Source of the DNA: Oikopleura dioica
Lineage: Eukaryota > Animalia > Chordata
Length of the DNA: 64,000 nt
NCBI GenBank assembly: GCA_907165135.1
Contig: OU015568.1
Coordinates: 13,330,001-13,394,000 of the forward strand
Reading direction: 5' to 3'
Numbering within the stretch: position 1 is the first letter of the stretch; each line of letters starts with the position of its first letter. Both the position numbers and the translations under genes were made by a program. This document shows positions 1 through 8,489 of this stretch, piece by piece. Below the pieces are notes generated by a model that ran no database searches, had not been told where the DNA came from, and saw only the letters and a program-made list of their open reading frames with translations.

Positions 1-2
1 CC

Positions 3-542
3 AGACTATGTTATACCCTGTTCACCCAAGAGTGCCAGGACGAGTTCGACAAGAACTTCCACCAGCTCTGCAACAACCCCAAGTTGCATGCAAAGATCCA
101 GCTGCCTCTGGACTACAAGCTTCGTGAAGACGAAGAATATGACACCAACACCCATGCTAACCAGAAGCGAGAGCGGGCGGTTAGACATAGGATTAAGTTC
201 GGGACGGCGACAGCCGAAGAAAAAAGATGGTACCTTAACACTAAGAAAAACAAAGCCATCAACGAGGCAGAGTTGAAAAAGGCGGTGCAGAACAGCAACC
301 AACGGAAGAGAGGCGGGAAACCGCAACAGAACAATAGGGGCAATCAGAGTGGAGGAAACTCCAACGATGGGAACGGTAACGGGGGCGGAAACGGAGGAAA
401 CCGAAACCGCAACAACAATAAGAAGGATAACAAGGCTCAGGGAGGAAACTCCAACAACTCTAACAACCAGCCCCCGAACAAAAAGCAAAAGCAGAATGAG
501 CCAAGGGGACCCCCTAAGCAAGAGCCGAAAAAGGAACCATAG
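3..542 (+). CDS. C-terminal part of element ORF1 (gag-like / nucleic-acid-binding, N/G/Q/K-rich tail), 5'-truncated by window
   Basis: Frame is open from position 3 (RLCYTLFTQECQDEF...) to TAG at 540-542. It has a basic low-complexity tail (GGNSNDGNGNGGGNGGNRNRNNN) and lies just upstream of the YR ORF. The gag label is positional inference only. Confidence 0.55.
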   Translation, partial: RLCYTLFTQECQDEFDKNFHQLCNNPKLHAKIQLPLDYKLREDEEYDTNTHANQKRERAVRHRIKFGTATAEEKRWYLNTKKNKAINEAELKKAVQNSNQRKRGGKPQQNNRGNQSGGNSNDGNGNGGGNGGNRNRNNNKKDNKAQGGNSNNSNNQPPNKKQKQNEPRGPPKQEPKKEP

Positions 543-896
543 GTGACTTCGCACAAAGTGTTGCCACTTCTCCTTGTCTTTCTCACGGAAATAAACCGCG
601 GGCGATCGCCCAACTAGTGCTACACCGGCGAGGACCCTCGCAAAACCTCAGCAGATTATACGGCCACGTAAAGGCTTTTACTGTCCCCGAAATATACCCA
701 GGGCTTGGTTGGGAACCCAATCAAGAAGGGATTCATTTATTTATTCTCATGTAATCTTTCCTGTAAATAGAATATATCTGGGAGTAATCCCAAGTTATGT
801 ATTGTTGCCAACAGAGTCTAACGCAACCACTATTCAGAAAACTGTTTCGCTGCAAGCACAACGCGCGCAAGACGAGCGCGAATAATTCGGCGTTAG

Positions 897-2747
897 CCAG
901 CCAAAAGAGAGCCGGACGGCAAGGACGAATGGCCGCCAAAGCGCCCGCCTGACCCAAACCCAATCCGAGTTCCCCCAAAATCACTGGGCTCAGTGAGGAA
1001 GTCTCGGAGGATAGTTGGAGAGGATCCGCTCGATCAGCCCCCTCTGGAAAGCGTTCTACCAAAACGAGCAACACCGGCGAAGCGAAAGCCCCCACCGGCT
1101 ACCGAAACCGCTGGAATCGGGCCTGTTCAGGCCGAAGCTCCAAAGGCGATTGCCTCTGAGAAAGCGAAGCCGAGAAGAAAGAAACCCAAGCCCAAAAGGC
1201 CAAAAGTTCTACCAGTCCCAGCGGAGGATGAAAAAGATTGGTTCGAAGAAGTTCAAGGCGAAGGCCTCGATCTCGTGGACGAAGATGAAGCTTACTGCTC
1301 AGAGTCAGTCTGGACAGACGCTCATATCAGAGTTGCAGTGGCAAGCATGGTGGAGCTAAACAGAGGGAAAACCTTTGACGAAATCACATCAGCCCTTCTG
1401 GATTGGATTGACAAGAATGTTTGTCCACCCAACAGACCAAATAGATACCAGCACTGGTACCAAGTGATACGGGCCGCTCTCGAAAGAGAAAGCAACGCCA
1501 GACTTCCAGGCTCATGCTCGAACGAGATTGTAAGATGGGCCAAAGCGAGGGCCAAATCTCTCGCGGGAAAGAAGCTCTATGAGCCATCACAAGCCGAAAG
1601 GTTTCGCATGTGCGATATGATCGCGCTATGGTCGCATATGCTGGCATCAAGGAAGCCAGTGAGAGTAGAAGCAGCCCTCTATAGCGGTATATGCTTCTTT
1701 ACCGGGGCCCGCGCGATCGAGGTTGGTAAACTCTTTATCGAGGATATCTACGAATCGATCCAAGGAAATGCCTTGGTGTTGCCAATAAGGGAAAGCAAGA
1801 CGAACGTCTTCAAAAACATTCCGGAAAGATTAACAATGTTTTTCGACGACCGTTGCCCCCTGGACTTCAAAGCCCTTTTCTACGAAATCCTGGGCGTCCG
1901 AGAGGAAGGAAAACTCTTCCAACACTGCAGAAACCGCAGAATACTCTGCTACCATTATAGCAAGGCCTCGAAAGAGCTGGGCTGGGCCAGAGTTCCATCG
2001 GGACACTCGGGAAGAACTTCCGCCATCACGATGGGCATTGCTACAGGCATCCCCAAACTAGATCTAGAAATCATGTACCGGTGGACACCGGACTCTAGGA
2101 TGTACCATAGGTACAGGGCTCTAAATATGGAGGAATCCGAAATCGGGGCCCCGGCTATGGTAGCGCGAGCCTTGGTGGATTCTCTGTTCGGAGGTCCGCA
2201 AGGTACGGCGCTCCCGGCGGGAAATTCAGAGAATCTAGTCTCGCCGGAAGTAGGAGCCAGAGTTCTGGCCGATGCTAATTGGTACGCTCGTACAGTAAAA
2301 AGGCTGCACTCTGATCATGTAGCGCATCAGGGGATCCCCTCGGCGCTAGACCCTAAACAGAGAAAAGGCCTTCCTAACAGACCGGTGTTTCGTGATAGGG
2401 AAAGTGGAGCGATGTCAAGTCAACCCCACACTTCCGATTCAAAGGCGCACGCCTCCACCTCTAGTCTGACACATACGCTGGAACCAGCGGCTAAATTGGG
2501 AGAGACCCCTCTCCCGAACCCCCAGACTTCGAAGGAGGTCGAATCTTTTAAAGGAAAATATCCTCTGCAAAGTGATTCGGGGAAACCCGGAGAAATCTGC
2601 ACTTGCTGCGCAAAATGCAAACAGCGTAAAGCAGTCGGGGGGAGCCCCCCGGAAGTCCCGGCGCCAGTAGAAAGATCCTCCTCGCAATTGCCGGATTACA
2701 TTCAACGCCAAATGAGTCGCCTTAACGACACTCCCTTCGCAAAGTAA
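897..2747 (+). CDS. Tyrosine recombinase (phage-integrase fold) of YR element
   Basis: Catalytic residues occur in order: R (FTGARAIE), K (RESKTN), HxxR (SGHSGR), W (MYRW), Y (MYHRY). The frame is open from 897 (ORF track starts at GTG 993). It has a long P/K/acidic N-terminal extension and a Cys cluster (CTCCAKC) in the C-terminal tail. Confidence 0.9.
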   Translation, partial: PAKREPDGKDEWPPKRPPDPNPIRVPPKSLGSVRKSRRIVGEDPLDQPPLESVLPKRATPAKRKPPPATETAGIGPVQAEAPKAIASEKAKPRRKKPKPKRPKVLPVPAEDEKDWFEEVQGEGLDLVDEDEAYCSESVWTDAHIRVAVASMVELNRGKTFDEITSALLDWIDKNVCPPNRPNRYQHWYQVIRAALERESNARLPGSCSNEIVRWAKARAKSLAGKKLYEPSQAERFRMCDMIALWSHMLASRKPVRVEAALYSGICFFTGARAIEVGKLFIEDIYESIQGNALVLPIRESKTNVFKNIPERLTMFFDDRCPLDFKALFYEILGVREEGKLFQHCRNRRILCYHYSKASKELGWARVPSGHSGRTSAITMGIATGIPKLDLEIMYRWTPDSRMYHRYRALNMEESEIGAPAMVARALVDSLFGGPQGTALPAGNSENLVSPEVGARVLADANWYARTVKRLHSDHVAHQGIPSALDPKQRKGLPNRPVFRDRESGAMSSQPHTSDSKAHASTSSLTHTLEPAAKLGETPLPNPQTSKEVESFKGKYPLQSDSGKPGEICTCCAKCKQRKAVGGSPPEVPAPVERSSSQLPDYIQRQMSRLNDTPFAK

Positions 2748-3407
2748 GTTTTATTGCTTCAAGGGTAAATCTCAACCGCTTGTTTTTAAGGAATCTTCAA
2801 GAAGGTTGACGATAGTTTACCCCGGAAGACGCAGGAGTCCTCAAGCAGGACCTTTTATTTTGTTTTCCCCGGTTTTTCTGCTGTATCAGAATAAAACCTG
2901 TTCTCAATTTACTTAAGTCCATTGCTCGACAGCAGGTATCATGCATGCTGATCAGCAACTTGTCTCTCTACTTTTTGCCTTTCGGCATAAAAGCATTCTC
3001 GTAGTGTAGCGACAAGCTCACGACTTTCTCGAGTACCGTTATATCGCCAGGTTAGCTAAGCAGACTATCACTCCTTACCGCACGGTATTTTTAGTGTAAG
3101 TAGCTAATCGGGTTTGATCGCGCCGTTTCTTTTTCGCGCACCTTACTCGAGCGCCTAACGTGGTGACCGGTTTTTTCGCCTTCGAAAGCGTAGGGGTGAA
3201 AACCGGCTCCCATAAAGTTAGGCATGCCCAGGCCGTATTCCCGGTCGGGAAGATGCGCGTAGTAGCTTAGGCTCCGTAGCATTTAAGCCCATCTGTAAGG
3301 CTGGTCCCAGCGTCAATCGTGTTAGTCGAGACTAGCGGGGCCCAGAAGCTGAACAGCTGGCCAACAACTGAGTACGACATATCAATGAGTGGTAGAAGTA
3401 GTGAAGT

Positions 3408-3453
3408 CTTGCGCTTATATTTGCATCTATTGATTTTTCGTCTTTTATGATTA
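3408..3453 (+). repeat. Direct repeat B1 of split terminal repeat
   Basis: CTTGCGCTTATATTTGCATCTATTGATTTTTCGTCTTTTATGATTA, identical to 3874-3919. Confidence 0.9.
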
Positions 3454-3873
3454 GACCTGACCAAAAATCTGGGTGCTCAAACATAGCAAGCCTCGTTGTT
3501 GTTGAGATGCTGTTGAGGTGACGCTTAGTGCGCGCCACCCCTGTTTTGCAGTTTTGTCTCTAGAATTGTTGTGCGCGCGGGCGCGGCGCAAGTCGAAAAG
3601 CTCATTCGCGTTAAAAAGCACGCTCGTGCGGCCGATTTTCGGAGTTCTCCGATGTGACCGACTTAGCGATGCTTTTTATACTTTATTTAATTCTAGCGAC
3701 CCCTCCCTCCTTCCCCCAGTAGAGTCTCCTTATGGCCCTACGTTGGTTTTACCTTGAGAGCGTAGCCCATACCTACCTCCCTGGTCCTGCAACACAGCAT
3801 CTCTTTAGTGCCGGTGGTTAAGGTCTGCTTCCTGCCACATACGGTACGTATACTTATCATAGAAGACGTTACG

Positions 3874-3919
3874 CTTGCGCTTATATTTGCATCTATTGAT
3901 TTTTCGTCTTTTATGATTA
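3874..3919 (+). repeat. Direct repeat B2 (element right terminus)
   Basis: Identical 46-bp copy of 3408-3453, immediately followed by SL intron sequence. Confidence 0.9.
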
Positions 3920-3975
3920 AAGAATCGTCTCCATGCCCTCTCCCTCCTATCCCTCTCGCCTCTTACAAACGAAAC
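3920..3975 (+). pseudogene. Intron (3') half of an SL RNA gene interrupted by the YR element
   Basis: AAGAATCGTCTCCATGCC...CTCCTATCCCTCTCGCCTCT.ACAAAC aligns with 5720-5775 of the intact SL gene with a few substitutions. The SL exon and GT are replaced by element sequence. Confidence 0.85.
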
Positions 3976-4021
3976 ATACTAGCGATGAACAAGACTCAGA
4001 CCAGTTCCAGGTGGATATTAT

Positions 4022-4432
4022 TTATTCGCTTTTATTGAGAAAATTGATTGGAACATTTCTACCGAACTTTCTATCAGCAGTGAATAAAAGGTTTTTGCCA
4101 TCGAATTTGGAAGAAAGTGACTCAAAGTCAACTGTTTTAGGCACAGAAAGGGTTCTCTCCCAGTTGTGTACTGACTCGATCTTCATTCTTTCGACGATCT
4201 CTGATGTTTTTGAAAGGCCAGAGATTTGTAACTCTCTCTTTGACTCGTCCTTGGTGATTTTGAGGTCTTCTTTCTGCGTTGGAAACGAAGTGAGATCGAC
4301 TGTTGCTGACCAGGTTGTAGGAGTGATCATTTCTTGCGAAATGGAGTAGGGCTGGAAGCGACGAACACGGCATTTGCGCTGGGTTGGGCGGTCGAATTCA
4401 GGAGAAAAAGGAAATCCGGCGATTTTGATCAT
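4022..4432 (-). CDS. Small heat-shock protein (HSP20/alpha-crystallin-like)
   Basis: Intronless 136-aa ORF similar to the divergent partner (WSATVDLTSFPTQKEDLKITKDESKRELQISG...WERTLSVPKTVDFESLSSKFDGKNLLF) with an ACD-like pattern. An HSE cluster lies upstream. Confidence 0.8.
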   Translation of the reverse strand: MIKIAGFPFSPEFDRPTQRKCRVRRFQPYSISQEMITPTTWSATVDLTSFPTQKEDLKITKDESKRELQISGLSKTSEIVERMKIESVHNWERTLSVPKTVDFESLSSKFDGKNLLFTADRKFGRNVPINFLNKSE

Positions 4433-4494
4433 CTTTTTATTTTTGAATCTCTTTGAAAGATTTTTGGTTTGAATGTGCTCTTGCTGAAACGAGC

Positions 4495-4680
4495 CGATTA
4501 AATACCTTTGAAAACTTCCAGAAGATTCGGGAAATCAAGTGTAGAATATTACAGAACATTCCAGAATAAATAGAACATTCAAGAAAACGGATCTTTAAAG
4601 AAAGAAGATTCGAGAATAACCTAGCCTGGAAATGGAATTTTCTGGAAGAAACGAGGACAGCAATAAGTGGCTATAAATAC
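4495..4680. promoter_or_regulatory. Bidirectional heat-shock promoter: five perfect HSE arrays plus TATA box
   Basis: Alternating nGAAn/nTTCn pentamers at 4515-4534 (4 units), 4553-4567, 4572-4586, 4603-4617 and 4634-4648 (3 units each). TATAAAT is at 4672-4678, with a TATA-like element on the minus strand near 4497-4504. Confidence 0.9.
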
Positions 4681-4731
4681 CTAGCGGGAGAGGGCTTTCT
4701 CATCACACCAAAGACACAAAAACCAACGAAA

Positions 4732-5163
4732 ATGTTCACTTTTTCCAATGAAAACTTCGAGCCGCTGATCAACCAGATCTTCTCTGAGTTCGCCCATTCC
4801 GCCAGCAAGAAAGGAGGACGCTGCCAAACTGTTGAGAAATCGAGCAAGTGGTGCAGCTGCATCAACCTTTCTTCCATCCCCACCAAACCCGAGGAACTGC
4901 ACGTGAAGGTGGACGAGAAGAGCCGCAATCTGACCGTCTCTGGAAAGTCTGAAACGGAGTCTACCCGACGAGACGGATTAAAGATCTTCTCAACTCACGT
5001 CTGGACAAAACAAATTCGAGTTCCAGAGGATGTGGAGCTGAAGACGATCGCGTCCAAGTTGCACGAGAATCAGCTCACTTTCGGCGCTGAACGAGTTCAG
5101 AAAGAAGAAGACAAGCAACAAGAAATTCCGATCGAGATCGTCGATACTCCTGCCCTTGACTGA
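4732..5163 (+). CDS. Small heat-shock protein (HSP20/alpha-crystallin-like)
   Basis: Intronless 143-aa ORF containing KPEELHVKVDEKSRNLTVSGK...WTKQIRVPEDVELKTIASKL..NQLTF and a C-terminal IPI/IEI motif typical of sHSPs. TATA and HSEs lie upstream. Confidence 0.85.
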   Translation: MFTFSNENFEPLINQIFSEFAHSASKKGGRCQTVEKSSKWCSCINLSSIPTKPEELHVKVDEKSRNLTVSGKSETESTRRDGLKIFSTHVWTKQIRVPEDVELKTIASKLHENQLTFGAERVQKEEDKQQEIPIEIVDTPALD

Positions 5164-5293
5164 GAAGGTCGATTGTCGTTCATTCCTTTCTTACCTGATT
5201 TTACGGAAAACACATAAATAAAGTATTAACCTGCAAAAACATAATCACAATTCATAAATTTGCTATATATTGTGGCTAGAACCGGCCTCCATC

Positions 5294-5413
5294 GCTTAGC
5301 GTCATACCGCGTAGAATAAACCAGTTCTCGTCCGATCACTGAAGTCAAACTACGACGGGCGGGGTTAGTACTTACATGGGTGACCGGTTGGGAATACCTC
5401 GTGCGCTAAGCAT
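5294..5413 (+). rRNA. 5S rRNA
   Basis: About 120 nt, GCTTAGCGTCATACC...TCTCGTCCGATC..GAAGTCAA...GGTTAGTACTT..ATGGGTGACCG..TGGGAATACC..GTGCGCTAAGC. The ends base-pair (GCTTAGCG/CGCTAAGC). Confidence 0.95.
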
Positions 5414-5423
5414 TTTGCTTTTT
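5413..5423 (+). terminator. Pol III oligo-T terminator of 5S
   Basis: TTTTGCTTTTT directly after the 5S 3' end. Confidence 0.75.
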
Positions 5424-5677
5424 GAAACGCTGACTCTTCTTTTTCGAGGATACATTCAGCCTCTGAGTTTCAGAGTCGTGTTGTTGAAGAATCAACTAAT
5501 CAGTAATCGAAAAAGTCACCATGTTTGCGTGAAGTAAGCATTGAGAGTTGAGCTTGCGTGGCGGGCGGCGTGGCACTTGTGAAAAAGCGCCCTCTGCCGC
5601 GCGCTTTTCTGAAAAGAGGCCGAAAATAGGAGCGTGCAGCGACAAAACGACCTCGAAATCAAGCACCCCTTCTCTTT

Positions 5678-5770
5678 ACTCATCCCATTTTTGAGTCCGA
5701 TTTCGATTGTCTAACAGGTAAGAATCGTCTCCATGCCTACTCTCTCCTATCCCTCTCGCCTCTCACAAAC
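5678..5770 (+). ncRNA. Spliced-leader (SL) RNA gene; exon 5678-5717, donor GT at 5718
   Basis: ACTCATCCCATTTTTGAGTCCGATTTCGATTGTCTAACAG|GTAAG matches the 40-nt O. dioica SL as I recall it. It lies about 265 bp downstream of 5S in the same orientation, the known 5S-SL linkage in this species. The 3' end is approximate. Confidence 0.92.
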
Positions 5771-5808
5771 AAAAACTTCTTGGAAGAAAAACCCTCCTGC
5801 AGGGAAAC

Positions 5809-6308
5809 NNNNNNNNNNNNNNNNNNNNNNNNNNNNNNNNNNNNNNNNNNNNNNNNNNNNNNNNNNNNNNNNNNNNNNNNNNNNNNNNNNNNNNNNNNNN
5901 NNNNNNNNNNNNNNNNNNNNNNNNNNNNNNNNNNNNNNNNNNNNNNNNNNNNNNNNNNNNNNNNNNNNNNNNNNNNNNNNNNNNNNNNNNNNNNNNNNNN
6001 NNNNNNNNNNNNNNNNNNNNNNNNNNNNNNNNNNNNNNNNNNNNNNNNNNNNNNNNNNNNNNNNNNNNNNNNNNNNNNNNNNNNNNNNNNNNNNNNNNNN
6101 NNNNNNNNNNNNNNNNNNNNNNNNNNNNNNNNNNNNNNNNNNNNNNNNNNNNNNNNNNNNNNNNNNNNNNNNNNNNNNNNNNNNNNNNNNNNNNNNNNNN
6201 NNNNNNNNNNNNNNNNNNNNNNNNNNNNNNNNNNNNNNNNNNNNNNNNNNNNNNNNNNNNNNNNNNNNNNNNNNNNNNNNNNNNNNNNNNNNNNNNNNNN
6301 NNNNNNNN
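5809..6308. other. Assembly gap (500 N)
   Basis: Run of n. Confidence 1.
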
Positions 6309-7176
6309 AGGTGGGTGAGGTGATAGATTGGAAAAGGTGCACCTTTTAGGTGCACCTAAAAAGACAATTTTTGAAAAGTTTAAGGTGAGGTGGGTGAGGT
6401 GATATTCCGAAAAAGGGTGCACCTTTAGGTGCACCTAAAAGACGGATTTTGGAAGTTTTTAGGTGAGGTGGGTGAAATTTAGGTGATAATTGGTCAAGTG
6501 TGGGCACGGATTTTTAAGGGGCTGCTCCTGACTTCGATTCCTCTGAAATTACTCGCAAATTTCTTCCGGGTAATCCGCAGACTTTTCTACGGGTTACTCG
6601 CGCGGAGACCCGTGCGAGTAGATTGAGTAAATGGGTAAAGGATAATCGCGAGCCACTCGCGAAAGTTTCTAGAAAGAAGAAAAATTCGCTCGTCTGGTTG
6701 CCCCGAGAAAAAGGGTTGCGGGTAATCGCGAGCTACTCGGCGGAAAGGAGAAAACTAGTAGCGCGGGTAGCCCGTGAAAAAACTCTCCGCGCGAGTACCC
6801 CGTTGAAGAATCTGCGGGTTGCCCAGTAAAAAATGCCGGGTGTTACCGAAAGGACTCGAAATCAACAGCCAAGTTTGAATTTCAAACTTTAAAACAACTC
6901 ACCGAGAAAAAGGTGCACCTAAAATCAAAACATTCCTAGGTGAGGTGAGGTGAGGTGATGATCACAAAAGGTGCACCTTTAGGTGCACCTAGAAAAGGCC
7001 CAAATCTCAAAAGTTTAGGTGAGGTGGGTGAGGTGATGATTTCAAAAAAGGTGCACCTTTTAGGTGCACCTAAAACTTAAATCTGAAAATTTTTAGGTGA
7101 GGTGGGTGAGGTGACAATTTGCACCTCACCTAAATTGAACAAGGTGCACCTTTAGGTGAGGTGATTTTGAACCCTG
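6309..7176. mobile_element. MITE-like element with ~80-bp subrepeats (GGTGAGGTGGGTGAGGTG and AGGTGCACCT palindromes); left end in gap
   Basis: Repeated AGGTGCACCTTT(T)AGGTGCACCT units at about 6335, 6415, 6969, 7050 and 7142. It ends ...TTGAACCCTG (CAGGG-type terminus). Confidence 0.55.
6520..6870. mobile_element. Nested older MITE with long degenerate terminal inverted repeats
   Basis: GGCTG...CAGCC ends. Left arm CCGCAGACTTTTCTACGGGTTACTCGCGCGGAGA matches the reverse complement of right arm TCTCCGCGCGAGTACCCCGTTGAAGAATCTGCGG. TSD not resolved. Confidence 0.55.
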
Positions 7177-7425
7177 GCATACAGGCCTGGCAGAACACCT
7201 TTCTTTCCCGTTCGCAATGAAGTCCCCATCACCCTAAAGTGGCATAAATTAGGATGAATTCGATATTATTGTTAGCAATTCAGCATAACAAGCTTGTTTT
7301 CATTTCTAAATTTTTATCAACAGCGGCGCTGCTCTCGCAGCTGTTTAATCTTATCTAGCGAGACACGATTCCTCCATAAAAGTAACGAACGACCTCTCCA
7401 ACAGCATCAAACGAAAACAATAAAC

Positions 7426-7785
7426 ATGAAGCTTTTTAACTTTTTCCTCGCTGTCGCCATGGCTCAATCTACCCTCTCCCCAAGAGGCAAGATCAAGGAT
7501 GAAGAGAAAGGCCCCCGACAGTGCGGAAAAGTCAAGCTCGCTGACAACCCTCTCGCCAACGGTTTGACTATCGAGTGCAAATCTCGAAACGGCAAGGCGA
7601 AGAACCCCCATCGAACCAAGCGATGCAAGGGTAAGTCAATTTATTATCTACTCGAATTTCATTTTACGCTTTTAGCTCGATGTGTTGATTCTAAGATAGG
7701 GTCGGCCAAAAAATCGATCTCGTGTTTCAATTACGAATTATACCTTGTTAGAAAGAGGAGAACGAGACGATTCGAATGGTACTAA
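7426..7785 (+). CDS. Putative small secreted Cys/Lys-rich protein (spliced; 3' end uncertain)
   Basis: ATG 7426 MKLFNFFLAVAMAQS is signal-peptide-like. Cys are spaced through QCGK..IECK..KRCK|ARC..ISC. A GTAAGT...TTTTAG intron lies at about 7631-7676. Confidence 0.5.
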   Translation: MKLFNFFLAVAMAQSTLSPRGKIKDEEKGPRQCGKVKLADNPLANGLTIECKSRNGKAKNPHRTKRCKGKSIYYLLEFHFTLLARCVDSKIGSAKKSISCFNYELYLVRKRRTRRFEWY

Positions 7786-7929
7786 CCATTTGTCTGTGCG
7801 AGTTGGAAATTTTTTAGAATTTTTTGAAAATCGCGATTTTCGTCACTTAAAACGTGAATCTTGGACGTTTCTAAATATCGAATTTTTGGCTACGCCAAAT
7901 ATCAAGCCTTGATTGGCAAGTGATTGCCG

Positions 7930-8270
7930 ACTTCGGTCAAGTTTGGCCACTTATTGCCGGAGGACCTTCCGGAAGACCCTTACTGGAAGACAAACTGCTG
8001 GAGGACCAATAATAGAAAAAATTAAATTGCTTTGGATGGCCACATACTGCCACATTTGACCAATTTCGGTCACTTTCTGCCGGAGGACCTCCGGAGGACC
8101 CCTTACTAGAAGACCAACTGGTTGAAGACCAATATCAAAAAAATATATAAATAGCCTTGCTTGGCCGAAAACTGCCACATTAAACCACTTTCGTTCACTA
8201 TCTGCCGTAAACCTTCCGAGGGAACCCGGGTGAAAGACCAACTCCTGGATGACTTGAGGCGAATAAGCCC
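7930..8270. repeat. Degenerate tandem repeat, ~124-bp unit x3
   Basis: TGCCG(G/T) anchor at 7955, 8078 and 8203, each followed by GGACC(T)TCCGGA..ACC motifs. Confidence 0.6.
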
Positions 8271-8489
8271 GTCTCTAAAATTCAGTAAGGTACAGTGGGT
8301 TGCGCAGATAGTGCACCCCTAAAGAGCGGGCAAAGGGAGCACCAGTCACGCAATCACTCTGAGAAAGTCTAGAAATAAACAGTTCAAAAAGTGCGGGCGA
8401 AGAGTGCACCAACGGCTCAATCTCGAATCATCAAAACTCGAAGCGGACATCGGCCCTCTCTTGAATTCAGTAAAGTAAGGCGCGAAAAC

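Larger units (their letters stand above)
1..3919 (+). mobile_element. Tyrosine-recombinase (YR) element, DIRS-order (PAT/Ngaro-like split direct repeat), 5' part outside window
   Basis: Contains a YR ORF and an upstream basic ORF. Its 3' end has a 46-bp direct repeat (3408-3453 = 3874-3919) flanking a 420-bp segment. It ends abruptly where SL-RNA intron sequence begins (3920). Confidence 0.8.

Noticed and set aside
6-554. Long antisense ORFs (also 11999-12562, 27782-28111, 28559-28888, 42065-43264, 52504-53520)
   Set aside because: They are shadows of real genes on the opposite strand, caused by codon bias.
3167-3206. Stem-loop CCGGTTTT...AAAACCGG in the element's 3' region, considered as a ribozyme
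   Set aside because: I found no hammerhead (CUGANGA/GAAA) or HDV-like core. It is only a generic hairpin.
3091-3282. Minus-strand ORF with LPDREYGLGMPNF, reminiscent of the non-LTR RT thumb GGLG motif
   Set aside because: It is short and isolated, has no YxDD or other RT motif, and is antisense to the element. Likely chance.
5800-5808. CAGGGAAAC before the gap as the left TIR of the 6309-7176 element
   Set aside because: It matches the right terminus for only 5 nt and the flanks show no TSD.
5733-6434. ORFs of 189-223 aa in the track
   Set aside because: They are artefacts of translating through the 500-N gap.
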